Below, in pieces: positions 37,782 to 50,640 of a stretch of 64,000 bases of DNA. The stretch comes from Lama glama (Eukaryota), in the NCBI GenBank assembly GCA_028534125.1, contig CM052818.1, forward strand, positions 29,700,001 through 29,764,000. The letters run 5' to 3'. A model generated the notes under the pieces. That model had not been told where the DNA came from. It did no database searches and worked only from the letters and a program-made list of their open reading frames with translations. How positions within the stretch are numbered: position 1 is the first letter of the stretch; each line of letters begins with the position of its first letter. The position numbers and the translations under genes were made by a program.

Positions 37782-38644
37782 AGTGTATCAGACAACTGAT
37801 GTCTTCAGATATGGAAACAACAAAGTTGTGGCACACTTGGGAAGGAGAGAGGGTTGGGAGAGGAGTTATAATGCCATTATTTCTTTGGTTTTTATCCAAG
37901 GATAATTTCTTTCAAACAACTGGGAAAATGGAAAATGTTTAAGGTTTGCATTTTTTTATTGTGTGACAATAGTGTTTAAAATTTTTCATATATTGCCAAC
38001 TGGCCCTCTGCCCCTAAAATCAGTTCTAAAGTTAAGGAATAGAAGGACTTTGTATACAATGGTCCAGGGCAGGGTTGTCTGACATGTGGCTGCATGTGGA
38101 GTTATTTCAAGGGTCCACAAATCCATGTGGGCCAAGTAGCGTCTGTAGACTGAATAAACAACCTCTGGCTACTGGCATTACAGTCTTTCAAAAGGGTAGG
38201 CATTGCTGTGATTAATAAAATGTAAATTCACTTCAACATGTTACCAAATTCAGAGTAGTTAAGGGGTCATCATATATTTTTGCAATCAAAAGACTCTAAA
38301 AGTCAGCTACTTTTACCTGAAGTGTTGGATCTTTGCTAGCTCATGCGATGTCTTTGTACAAATTAGAGCAAGGCATGTCAGGGATTCAAGCCCTAATTAT
38401 TCCCCAAGGGTGTGACCTGCATTATAATTTGCCACAGCCCTGATATATTTTGGTATTCAAAAAGTTCTTCAAACTTGAAAAGGCTGAATTGTATCCTGGA
38501 GAATACTGCAGACAAAAAAATGTTGCCCGTCATTCAGTTTAATAATGAATGTTGCCTGGCATCAAGCCATAAGCCCCTGCAGCTGCCCCAGTGGTGTGCC
38601 CTGAGGGGAATTCAGGACGAGGAAAAACAGGATACTGGCTCCAG

Positions 38645-38934
38645 ATAGTTAAGATGCTTATCAGGAAAAAACCTCAATGAGGTTTTTAAGCCTAAAATCG
38701 TTGAGACGTCTATTTTTCGTGATCTTTTAATGCTTGACGATATACTTTATTCCTAGCAGGAACTCACACACACCCTGGCTCCTCCCTTCCGTCTTTGGAA
38801 CCGTTTCCATGGAGCGATCTGAGAGGCTGCCTCCCAGGCTATAGTCCTCAGTGAGGCCCCTGAATAAAACGTGAGGCTCAGCTTTTAGCGTGTGTGTGTT
38901 GTTGCTGTTGTTGTTGTTGTCTTTTTAGTTGACA
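38645..38934 (+). mobile_element. ERV1-class LTR (3' portion)
   Basis: tctgagaggctgcctcccaggctatagtcctcagtgaggcccctgaataaaac...ttttagttgaca, with an AATAAA and a CA end. Confidence 0.65.
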
Positions 38935-39287
38935 GTACCCAGCAAATGAGAAATGGGTGCTCCACCTTCCAGGACCCTGCCTTTGCCACTGTCCTGAGTC
39001 AGTGTCCTTGCTTCTGACCTGGAGGCTGGTGAGGTCTGCCCCGGTGGGCTCAACCAGGTCTCAGGACGAGGGTGGGCCCACTGCTGGCATTCACATCACC
39101 TATCCCCGTGGAGGCTGGAAATGGGAGCCTCTGGTCCCATTGCCCCAAAGGTTCTAGAAGGAGCAAAGTAAACGTTGGAAGGAAGCTGCAATCGGGATCC
39201 TCTGACCTTTAATCTAGGAATTCACAGCAGAGTGAAAAATAGGCTATTTCTTCAAAATACGTTAAAATGTATTTAAATTTAGAGAAC

Positions 39288-39490
39288 ATGGTTTGTCAGC
39301 CTCAGCACTCCTGACATTCTGAGAACTCTTTGTTGTGGGCTGTCCTGTGCATTAGGATGTTTAGCAGACTCCTGGCCTGTGTCCACTAGATGCTGGTAGC
39401 AACCCCTCCCGGTTGTGACCATCAAAAACGTCTCCAGACACTGTCAAATGTCCCCTGAACAGGAAAACTGCCCCAGTGGAGAATCACTGA
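39288..39490 (+). mobile_element. MER20 (hAT-Charlie)
   Basis: ctttgttgtgggctgtcctgtgcattaggatgtttagcag...cactagatgc...aaaaacgtctccagacactgtcaaatgtcccctg...gagaatcactg. Confidence 0.9.
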
Positions 39491-39559
39491 TTTAGAATAT
39501 CAAAACATTTGTGGTATTAGCTTATTTTCATAATTTTCATGATTTAACTTTTTATAGCT

Positions 39560-39740
39560 GTGAGTACATGGACTTCAGAATCTGACATATCTAGATCCAA
39601 ATCCTGGCCTACACATTACTAGCTGTGTGACCTGGGGCGAGTTACTGAACATCTCTGCTCCTTAATTTCCTCACCCGTAAAATGGGGCGATAACCATGCT
39701 GTCCTCGTAGATATGTTGTGAGGATTAATAAGACAAAGTT
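39560..39740 (+). mobile_element. MIR SINE
   Basis: ttactagctgtgtgacctggggcgagttactgaacatctctg...tttcctcacccgtaaaatgggg...gttgtgaggattaa. Confidence 0.85.
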
Positions 39741-41499
39741 CTTAATTAGTGACAATGACTATCAGCCAGTACACTCCCAGGCCCCCTTTTGTACTGGTCT
39801 AATGCTGGATGTCTGCGGATTTACGCTAACGTCAAGGCAGCCTCTGGTTTCTGTGTTAGTGTGGCAGCGAAGAACCTCTGAAGTCCGAGAACCAGGCTTC
39901 AAACTCCAGGTGCGCTCTGGACTGAGTCACTAAACCTCTGAAACCACAGTCTTTCATCTATTTTTAAAGAGAGAGAGGGAGGGATAATGAAAGACTCTCC
40001 CTTGCAGGGCTGTTTGGGGATGAAAAGACGTATCTAGAGACTGAGCTTATTAATCATTGTTAGGTGGCGCGAGGCTACACGTGAATGCAGGGAAAAGCAA
40101 AGGAAGATGTTTTATGAAATTTCCCCCAAATCATTTTCAACCTTCCTGCCCCACGGTTGCCCCACCCCACCCAACTCAAGGAAATCTGCTCAAACCCCAG
40201 AGCCCTCATACCTCATTTTGTGGACGTCTAAGGGCATTACTCCCGTTCCTTGAGGCTACCTCTGGGGGCTCCTCTTCCTGTTCCTAGAAGTGCTCCTCAG
40301 TCTCCCGGGCTGCGCTGTTTCCAAGTCCGCTCCGACGACCCCCAGGCTCTCACCGTGATGAAGCCAGACTTCTTCACGCCACGTCACACTGACGTGGACG
40401 CAGTGTGATTTGGCCACAGGTTCTCTGCTGAGCCTCAGTTTCCTCACCTGTAAAATGAGGCAGTTCAAGCAACCCTTTCTCCAGGAAGTGTGGCCTCACT
40501 CGGGGCAGCAGGTGCTCCTCACCTGCCATGCTGGGCATTTCTCTGTCCCTGTAAGTCTACCTCCCTTTAAACCCGTTTCCTTACTAAACCATGAGCTCCC
40601 TTACATCAAAGACTGTCCTGTTCACATTTATATCCCAGACGTAACTCCTGCCACAAGGCAAATCCTCAACAAACGTTTGTTAAATGAATGAGTGGGAGAC
40701 AGTGGGAGATAGGATCATGGTCCAAAGCTCTAAGTGGGACAAGCTGGGGTTTTTTTCCCTTCTCACCCTTCTCTTGCCTTCACTTACCAGTTATTTGCTG
40801 GGAATACATCTTTTATAAGGTTAAGCAGAGACAGACACTGTTAGCATAGTAACTCATGGCTGCCAAGCTATGACAAGTGGTTAATATTTGCAAGATAAAT
40901 GTGAGTGGAGTTGGGGATTTTAGTTTCTCTGGAGAAAATCTCAAGATTTGATTGCTGTCCCTTAAGAATGAAAGCACTCAGCTGAGCACCGAGGACCCTG
41001 AGAAGGGAGGTCCGAGGGCAGAGGGGGTGTGGGTGAGGAGGGAAATCCCAGTAAACCTCCAGGGTGGCCTCCGACAGGACCCTGGTGGGAAAGGAAGCAA
41101 GAGTCTGTACCACCCTCTGGGCTCCGTGAGTCTTCGTAGGCACCTAAGAGTAAGATTCTCTTTCTGGAAGTCCCAGTCCCTGGAGCCTCCTACTCTCACT
41201 CCCAACAAAATAACTTGTCTAAGTAAGAGATTACATTAAGAAAAAGGGCAAAGTTTATACTGTAATTTATCTGCTGTGATTCATAACTAGCAGCTGTCCT
41301 TTAGGGCTATCCATACAGTGAAGGTTTGATGGATACTCTCCAGTCCAGGAGACCACAGTTCCAGCCCCATCAGCAGGACTTGCAGCCAGGTCCCAACTCA
41401 GATGTCTGGGTCCCCGTCTCCTCCCACCTCGCAAAAACAAGGTTTATGACTTCACTGTCCATCAACTAGACAGACTAAACTATCATGCTGTTGGTTCCC

Positions 41500-41730
41500 C
41501 AGTAAGGACAGCAGAGTAAGAAAAAGATCCTAATGTGAACCCTGCCAATAATTTGCAACGTGACCTTTTTTAAGTCACAACTTTCCTAGATTTCAATGTT
41601 CTGACCTGTTTGGGGGAACTGTTACCGCTAGTTATACTGAGTCCACAGGGATGTTGTTGAGGTAAAATGAGACATTAGATTTAAAAACATGTCAAAATGG
41701 TTAGGTGTTCTGCGCATTCAAGAGACGTTT
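41500..41730 (+). mobile_element. MIR SINE
   Basis: gtgaccttttttaagtcacaac...cacagggatgttgttgaggtaaaatgaga. Confidence 0.55.
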
Positions 41731-43153
41731 GTTACCAATTTGTTAAATAACTAGTGTGTGAAGATTTCCGTTCATTCTGTGGACTAAGCGTGGAACTGAG
41801 GCAGCTGCTGGAATGTTAGTGGGGAACCAACAGGGTGGAATATGAAATAAGAAAGATGTGTTTCCTGGCCATGAGTGTCTCCATGTCCCAGGGGAGATAA
41901 AAGCACACACAGCAATAAGTCTCAGGCAGAATGTGTTGAACACCGGAGAAAATAGATAAAGTGTTTCTGGGGGCAGCTTTCTTCTAACCACGCAGATCAT
42001 TGTCATCCACAACCGGCAAACACCAATCTCCAGGGAAGCCAGAGGAGGGACATGGATTTGGGGCAGTAAGGTCTATTCACTACAGTTTTTAATTCTGATG
42101 TGAGTTGAATCCAAAGTTAGACTAGTTGAGTGAGACGGTTTTGCAGCTGTTTGGACAACACCATGGCCAGAAGGTCTAATTCAAAAAATTTTAAAATAAA
42201 AAAAAAAAACCATTTGTCAAGCAGAGATGAAAGTCAGCAGCAACAAGCCCATCACGGAGACACGAGGTGCTACCCAAGGAACATTCAGTGAGGCTTTTCC
42301 AGGCTGGACTCAAACACACATCTGTATAAAATGTAAAACAGAGAATGTGTTCAAGGGCTGGGAGCTGAAGGGAACAAGGAAAGAACATTTGGGAAAAGTG
42401 CAGCAGCTGCTTTCAAAATAGCCTTTCCTCTGAGCCCCAGGGGAGACGGGAGAGAAAGTACGGCTCGTCTGCTCCAGTGCTTGGCACTCATTCGGCCTCC
42501 AGAGCATCCACGGTCCTTGGGACGACCCGGGGCTCCGGTGGAGACCGGTGAAGTGAGATCCCTGCTCTTCTGCCACAAGTCCTGGTCACATCCCAGTCCT
42601 TTCAGACACAGGCTTCTCAACCATTTCCTGCCGATCAAAAGAGGACGCCAGGCTGGGACATCTCGATCAGGAATTTTATTCCCTAAGTTTCTCCCTGAGT
42701 TTTCCTTTGCTCAGTTTGACTTTTTAATTTTGATCTAGTCTCCGAAGGCAGCCCTAAACCAGTTCCCTCTCAGGTACGATCAGGACCATTTACGGATGGA
42801 AGTCTAATGCATCCCTTGATTGTCAGTCAAGTTATTAGCAGGGATGGATACATCATAAATGTCCACTGTGGGACATTCATAAAACCAAACACATACATAG
42901 TTCTTTCCAACATTCCTTCAGTTATTTTAAGGAAACACTCTTTTGTTCTAAAGTAGTGTGTCAGCTGGGACCCAGCCATCCACACAGCTTTGGAAGCACA
43001 TCCTTTGGGCCTGTGTTACTCTCTTCCTCACCCTCTCATGTGTACTGCCTGCTCCACAAAGCTTGCTTCCACAAGTGCCTAGAACACTGACAGTGATGGC
43101 AATGAAACCCCAGACTTGCAATTCTGACTGAAAGAAAGAGCCCCAGTTTTTGC

Positions 43154-43606
43154 CATATTAGTTCCGATGGCCTACTGTAACAAATTCGCACAAACTTGGC
43201 GGCTGAGAGGTCAGAATCTAGAATCAGTTCGCTGGGCCAAGGTCCAGGTGCTGGCAGGGCCGCACTCCCCTGGGGGCTCTGGGGGAGACTCTTTTTTCTC
43301 CACCTTTTCCAGTTTCCAGAGTTGCATTCTTTGGCTTGTGGCCTCTTGTTCCATCTCCAAAGCCAGCAGTGCAGCATCACAGTGCAAGGCCGTATTTCCT
43401 TCTACTGAGTCAGATCTCCATTTCCCTCTTATAAAGACGCTTGGGACTGCATTTAGAGGCCACCCAGGTAACCCAAGATAATCTCCCCACCTCAGTATCC
43501 TTAACTGAATCATATTTGCAGCCTCTTCTGACACATAAGGTAACAGCCATAAATTGCACGGATTAGGAATGAGGTATCTTTGGGGCCACTACTCACCCGA
43601 CCACAC
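43154..43606 (-). mobile_element. MaLR solo LTR (MLT1D/C type)
   Basis: ctgtaacaaatt...cacaaacttgg, ggccacccaggtaacccaagataatctcccca, ggattagga...tatctttggggcca...accaca. Confidence 0.88.
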
Positions 43607-44659
43607 TGTGGCAGATGCACCCGCCCTCTGCCATGGATCTGAAATGTTGTTCAAGAAAGGCGATGCGTCCCTGGTGCCTGCTGCGTATCATGGATCTAGG
43701 ATGACCCACTGTCATGTAATTGAGAAAAAAAAAAGTAAAAATCTAATCATAATCAGGGCAGAAAGCCCTTTGGTGTTCATTATAGCAGGGCCTCACTAAA
43801 AAATCAAAGAAACACAGCCCTTCATTTAAGCATCCCAGGTGTCTAGGTTTGGAGGCACCAGGGGAAGAACATGGAAGCGTCATGAGAAAAGACCACACTC
43901 CAGGCTCACTCCTAACACGTGCAAGGACCATGCAAGAGCACAGACAGAAGCCCACACTGCATGTGTCTAGAATATTAAAAAGTACAAGCCAAGATAACAT
44001 AATAGGAAGTGAAATATGTTTTCTCTTACACTGACCAGCAGACCTTCACAGTGACACAGAAGCCATACTTGAATCAGGGAAACCTGGGCTTCCGCTGTTT
44101 GGTCAGGAAGCTCTGCGAGGGCATGGGGGGAGAGAGCCATGGCCTCCAGCCCCACCTCTGCCCACCTCCTGCCACCACTTCGAGGGGCTCCATCACCTTA
44201 GGACACTCCAGCCCACACAGCCTAAGCTCCATCCTCACTTCCCCATAAAAACCTGCCCGTTGGCCACTCCCAGGCCCAAGGTCAGTGCATCAGTGGCGCT
44301 ACCTGCCCTCAGATGGGCAGACAGAGCAAGAGGATGGGGCAGGCCCTCGGAGCTGCCTTAGGGACTTTTGTGCAGAGAACTCGGGGTTCTAGTCATCCAG
44401 ATCACGAGCTGGAACCATGCTTCTCTGCTGAAGCACTATTTTTATTGTGTTTTTAAAGTGTTCTCTCCACTACAGACCAACACTTCTATAAAATACAACT
44501 TAAATGACTGAGAAGTGTCAAATTGCCATAGAAGGTACTGAACATTGGTTTAGCTCACTGTGGACCAGTGGCAAACAGACCATGCTTGGTGCATCACTAG
44601 ACTAGAAGATGAACGTGAGTGAATTCGTGTTCTCACGTCACTACAAATACTGATACTGA

Positions 44660-45126
44660 TGACCTGGTAGTTTCCAGGGGTCAAGAGTCCAGCCATGGTT
44701 TAGCTGGGTCTTCTGCTCTGGGTCCCACCAGGCTGCAATGAAGGTGCCAGCCAGAGCTGGGGTCTCATCTGAGGCTCAGGGTCCTCTTCCAAGCTCACTG
44801 GTTGCTGGCCGAATTTAGTTCCTTGCAGCTGTAACTATCAGCAACTTGCTTCTTCAAGGCCAGCAGGAGAATCTCTCTTGTCAGGAAAGGCTCAGTTCCT
44901 CTTTTAAGGGATTTGACCAATCAAGTCAGGCCCAGCAGGAACAACCTCTCTTTTGATTAACTTACAGTCAACTGATAGGAACAATAACTACATATTCCAA
45001 ATGCCTTTGCCGTATAACATAACCTGATCACAGGGGGGACATCCATCATATTAATAGGTCCTATCACAAGGAAAGGGGAAGACACAGGGGGTAAGAAGGT
45101 AGCATCTTAGAATTTTTCCTACCACA
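44660..45126 (-). mobile_element. MaLR LTR (MLT1E type)
   Basis: ttagctgggtcttctgctctgggtc...ctcttccaagctcact...cttcttcaaggccagcaggaga...cttagaatttttcctaccaca. Confidence 0.8.
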
Positions 45127-45629
45127 GTGGACTTAAGGTGGTTACATCATGTGGCCCTGTGGACTCTTCTCTTCATGGTCAGAGGGAGGCCACAGTATGA
45201 CCTTGGAAAGCTCAGGGCCCAGGGCAGAGGCCATTCGCCCCTGAGAGAGGTTCCGCCCCTCCCGCCGCAATAGTTCAGGATTAGAGCTAAGTCAGTGTCC
45301 CCCTCAGGAGCCCAGACTCCAATGTTGAAAGGCACTCCTCCCTTCCTTTGCTTTGGTGCCAATATTCCTTGCCGCCCCCTAACCTAGTAGTGCTTATGGA
45401 CAGACAGGATTGTCGCAGCTGTATTAAACCCATATTTTGTCATTCTGGAGCTACCAACAGTTGGTTGCTTGGAGATTAACATATTATCAGTAAACACCAG
45501 AAACCTCCAGTCCCCTTTCTATCAGGAGCTGAGAGTTCATCTGGGCTCCTTGTTTACATCACTGTGCATTCCTAGAGATTATGGCTGGATCAGCCTGTAA
45601 GCATCATTCTGATTCAAAGCATGGGAATA

Positions 45630-45930
45630 TTGCTATGCATGCCGTGATTTTAATGCAAAATGACTGATTTATTAAACAAGCTAACAGAAAGTTATACATT
45701 CAAGTGAGCTTTGGCCTTTAATATAGTGTCCTTAGGAGACTGTATTCTAATAGCAATGAGACTGCCATTGTATAAATCATTTTTGCAATTCCTCCTTGGG
45801 AGGAATCTTCAAAAGCCTGTGGCATACTCTATTTAATAACCCAGTGGTGGAAAAATCTTCCTCTATTGATAGTGACTTTAATTTGGGGGAAGAATCATGC
45901 CATTCAGACCCAAAGGTCATGATCAACTAA
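45630..45930. mobile_element. Mariner-type MARNA fragment
   Basis: gactgccattg...catttttgcaattcctccttgggag...aaagcctgtggcatactc...cagtggtggaaaaatcttcctc resembles MARNA as recalled. Confidence 0.55.
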
Positions 45931-46516
45931 TTTGTAGGTAATCCAGCTGAATTACGAAAACAAGGTACACATAAAAGTGTTCTTCCCAAGTTGTTTGTAA
46001 CTGTACTCAAAGTAGTATGTACAATGACCAAATTATTGCGAATAAGATCACAGCCTACCAAAGTGACTCCCTTGAAGAATAACATAACAATTAGTGCTTT
46101 ATGGGTTATCGAGGGGGCTATCATGTACAGATCTCTTGAAGTAGAATGTGGAAATATTTTTTATGATTAACTGCCATTAATTGAAAGAAATTGAGGTGCA
46201 CAGAATATCTTTTCACAAGATCTCACAGCTGGTAAACAGCAGAGCCATCAAACTCAAGTCTTTAAATCTCAAATCCAGGGGTCTTACCATGAGACCAGGA
46301 GGGGCAGATCTACAGCACTTGTGTTTCCACTGTCCCCAACCAGGTTCATGGCAGCCCTTGCTAGCTGCTAGACGATCTGGCAAGGCACTCTTTCTGCTGA
46401 GCTAGATTCAGACTCAGAATCCCAAACACAGCTCTTTAGGGAGCCAAACAAATGAAGCTGGGATACTCAATTTACTTCTCCTTTTGCATTATACCATTTT
46501 CAAGAGGACAGCACTC

Positions 46517-46888
46517 TTTTGTTTTGTTTTGTTTTGCTTTATTTTTTTGAATCAACAGAATGCAGTAATCCAATCAAAAAGGACAGTCAAATGTGCTTGC
46601 ACTTATTCAAGAAATCAATCATCTAAGTTATAAATAAGTAGGTAATTTGTGTCTTTTTTTTTAGATTCCACATGTAAGCGATATCATATGGCATTTTTCT
46701 TTCCCTTTCTTCCTTACTTTGCTTAGAATGATGATCTCCAGGCCTATCCATGTTGCTGCAAATGGTATAATTTTACTCTTTTTTATGGCTGAGTAGTATT
46801 CCATTGTATAAATATACCTCCTTTTCTTTACCCAGTCCTGTTGATGGACATTTGGGTTGTGTCCATGTCTTGGCTATCATAAATAGTG
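46517..46888 (-). mobile_element. 5'-truncated artiodactyl/camelid L1 with atypical 3' segment
   Basis: L1 ORF2-end/3'UTR at 46650-46888 (tagattccacatgtaagcgatatcatatgg, ccatgttgctgcaaatgg). Poly-T tail at 46517-46548. Candidate TSD ggacagcactc / gaacagtgctc. Confidence 0.8.
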
Positions 46889-47779
46889 GGAACAGTGCTC
46901 ATTGAATGTACAACTTCTAGTATGTTTGTTTAAAAATTAGAGTCCTTACTTATTATTAAAGTCACGCAATGTGTCAGTTAACTCTTTGGCTTTTAGTATT
47001 TGTTCCAGGCCATGAAACCTTAGGGTCTACTGGGAAATAGTAAAGCTAGGTGTTCTCCATAATTCACATTCCTCTTCAGAGATCCTCTGAAGAATTACAC
47101 AAGTCCACCTACACAACACACAGCTCTGAAGATACTCTCCTCTCCCCAAGCTCATTGTGTCTCCAGTTAGCTCTGAGGAGCCACCGTTCAACATGAAATC
47201 GGTACCATATAAAAATGGCATAACTACCTGGCTTTTGGAATTTTAGGGTGTGTCAGTTTCCATGTACATCAGTTAGTTTAAATTAAGTTGTTCTATTTTT
47301 AAATTTGAGTTTAGTAAAGCAATCTGACAGCTTTGTTGATGGTCCTCCTAAGGTCTCAATTGAAGCTGATTTCTGTTTTCTAACTGCCACTACGTATTTT
47401 GATTTTAGGCTTGTGACAGTAAATTAGTGTTTCTCAAAGAGTGCCTGAGAACTCCTGCATCAGAGTCATCTAGGGAATTTTTTTAGTACCCTAGGTATGT
47501 CTGGTGTCTAGTGGTGTTTCTCAGGAATATGAATTTTTAACAAGTTTCCTGGATGATTTAAGAGATTTAAGAACAATTGCAGGTTCTACTTCCACATAAA
47601 ATGTACACAATTGTGAAACACTGTTGCTCTTGCCAAGGGAAAAAAATCTATCTATACCTACATCTATATCTATATCTGTCTGTATCTTTAACTCTTTAAA
47701 GCCAGTGAATAGTGAAGAGCTGTGAACACAAAGAGGGGTAACCAAACTAAATTCCTGAAAATTCTAGACACAGGAAAAA

Positions 47780-48135
47780 AAAAAAAGCATTGGAGATTTT
47801 GAAGAAAGGTCAATATAAGTGATCTAAACAGAGCACAGTGGGAAAAAATAAAAGATTAAAAACAAAGATATTAGAAACCCAGGCAACAATATCAAATAGT
47901 CTAACATACATGGAATTGAAGCCCCAGAAAACTAGGAGAGAGAAAATTGGACAAAGAAGTATTTTTATATATTAAAAATGTTAAGAATTTTCTGAAATTG
48001 ATAAGATGTTAAACTACAGATGCAAGAAACTCAGCAAATCCCAAGCAGGGTGAATACAAAGAAGATAGCCCCTAGGCATGTCAGAGTCACCAAAAACCAA
48101 AGATAGAAGAAAAACTCATAAAAGAAGCCGGGGGC
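47780..48135 (+). mobile_element. Old L1 ORF1 fragment
   Basis: gtctaacatacatggaattgaagccccagaa...aattttctgaaattgat...aagaaactcagcaaatcccaagcaggg...cctaggcat. Confidence 0.75.
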
Positions 48136-48226
48136 AGGGGTGGGGTGGGTGGGGAGACACTTCACATTTAGGGGTAGAGGGGAGGAGAGATGTGGATGAC
48201 ACCACCTTCTCATAAAGAAGAGTCAG

Positions 48227-48379
48227 CACAGGGAACTATATTCAGTACCTTGCAATAACCTATAATGGAAAAGAATCAGAAAAGAAGAGAATACATATAT
48301 ATATCTGAGTCACTTTGCTGTACACCTGAAACGAACACAATATTGTAAATCAACTATACTTCAATTAAAAAAAAAAAAG
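48227..48379 (+). mobile_element. Short artiodactyl-type L1 3' end with poly(A) and TSD
   Basis: cacagggaactatattcag...gctgtacacctgaaac...tgtaaatcaactatacttcaatt(A)n. Perfect TSD GAAGAGTCAG at 48217-48226 and 48380-48389. Confidence 0.9.
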
Positions 48380-50494
48380 GAAGAGTCAGTTCCTGGGACT
48401 CCCTAGTGAATATGTACTTGTCTGGCCAAGACTGGGGCTTAAGAGACCACAAGACACTGTTGTGAATTGATGAGATGCTCAGAGCTATGGCAGACCAAAC
48501 ACTGAGAAGAGGACAAATCCAGAAAGCCACAGAGAAGCGGAGCCAGAGCCCTGGTGTGGCTTGGGTGCAGCATGCCTACTTTAGGACTTGTTATGCAAGA
48601 TAATGAACCCCCTCATGGCTCAAGCCACCCTGAATTGGGTCCAAGGTTTCTTGAAGCTAAAAACACCCGCACCAACACAGCATCCCACAGACTCTTTGTT
48701 ATTGAGAACATGTATGCCTGGGAATCTTTGCTACAAACCATCCCATTTCCCAGAGGTACTAGCCAAGGAATTCATCCACAAACCAATGAAATGCTCAGTC
48801 TTTGTCGTCAAATGCCCTCTGTCTACCCTCTTCTTTTCCTTAGTTTTATCCCCTTCAACAACTACTCAAAGACACTTGGTACACTGAAATCACTCAAGCA
48901 ATAATACCAAAAGCTACGTGATGCTGATTGGAGACACTTGAAGAGAAACAATGCTTTGAATTACAGCATGTTTCCTAGTGTTATTGAATAACACAAAATA
49001 GGACCCACTTAGCCCTATACCCCCACTGCGTAATTCATCGTCTGGCTGATTTGGGAATGCCAGAGTGCTTTGGGGGGCCCTCTGAGCACTTCTTTCCTTT
49101 CCATTCCTTTTCTTGATTGCTTTCAGAAGAACCAAAAACAAACAAGGCATGTTAATTACTAAGGCTATTCGTTATTTTGTTCAAAGCCTCAAAGCTTGAA
49201 AGAATCAGAACAATTTATTTTCTGAATTCAGCCACCACAATTTCTGAACCAGCCAACATGGGGACAATCTTTAGCACTTGTTGACAGTGTTCTTTCACTG
49301 TAAGCTGTAGTGCCCCTAAAGCAATGTTATAAGAGGGTCCTGTGGACTGAATGCAACAATTAAGTCTTTTTCTAAAGATGTGCAGATAAGATTGCTTGGG
49401 AGTTGGGAAGCGACTTTATTCTTGGAAGCCTAGTTAATTCCAAATTAACATAATGTTGAAATTTTCCTTGCCTACCCTAGAAGGGTAATGTCCCCTGCTT
49501 TGTCAATTCTATAATTTGTATATATTTACTTTTGTCCTAGTAGATCCAGAAAAGTACAGAGAATAATAAAACCAACATCCATATAGTAGCCAAAATGATT
49601 TAAATAATGCTAACATTTTGCCATAGCTCTGTCACGACCAATTATAATGATGGATATCTCTACTTGACTCATGAAATAAATTAAGTGAAACCAAGAGCCC
49701 CATTTCCATTTTTCTCTTAAAGGGACATGTACAAGGAAACCTGTCAATTCTGAGCCTTTTGCAACCATGATTTCAAAACAAAAGAGACACGGGTTCAGGA
49801 ATAGACCATAAATACTCCAAATGAGACTTTAACATGGTTCCATTGCTGCCTGGAGATGGGCTATGGCCGGTGAGGGAGTCTGTGGGGGACAGTAATACAG
49901 GACATTTAGCAAAGATAAATGTTCTATAAACACCCAAGTGGCTAGATCTGATGATCAGGAGCTTCAGGGAAACAAAATCTAAAGCTACTCAGGTCTATGC
50001 TTTGCTGATTTCCTTTAATGCTTACGTATTCCGAGATTTCATTTTATAAGCATCTTCATTTTAAATAACATCCATACACAGCTTGAACTGGAGAAGTTTA
50101 GACACTAAACTCCTCCTGTTCCCCTATTTAGTTAACACACATAGTCACGCCTAACCGTGTGGGTCTTGAATGACTTTCCTTTCTTCCATATATGAACATA
50201 ATAAAGTTCCCCTCACCTCCCACACCAGACGTACAGCTCTGTTAAAATTTCTTTTTAGAGCATTTATAGATTTTTGTAAACCAGATCTTCCCTGGTTTAC
50301 AACCATCCAAGAATAAAAGCAGAGTTCAAAAAAGGGTTAAGCACAATCAGTTGACAATTACAGGCATCCCTAACAGGGATGAAGAAAGCAAACAAACAGC
50401 TGCTTAACGGATTTCACTTAAAGCAAAATCATCTCGTTTCTCCTCTTCACACTAAGGTATGGTGTCCTGGAGAAGCTTAAAAAGTTAGAAATCA

Positions 50495-50640
50495 AATTCT
50501 GCAAATAGATAGCAGTGATGGTTATACAACACTGTGAATGTACTTAATGCCACTGAGTTGCACATTTAGAAAAAATATTAAAATGGTAAATATTATGTTT
50601 ATGACAACAAATATTTTAAACTAGAAATTATAAAATATTT
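50495..50640 (+). mobile_element. L1MB 3' end fragment
   Basis: gtgatggttatacaacactgtgaatgtacttaatgccactgagttgcaca...aaaatggtaaatattatg. Confidence 0.75.
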
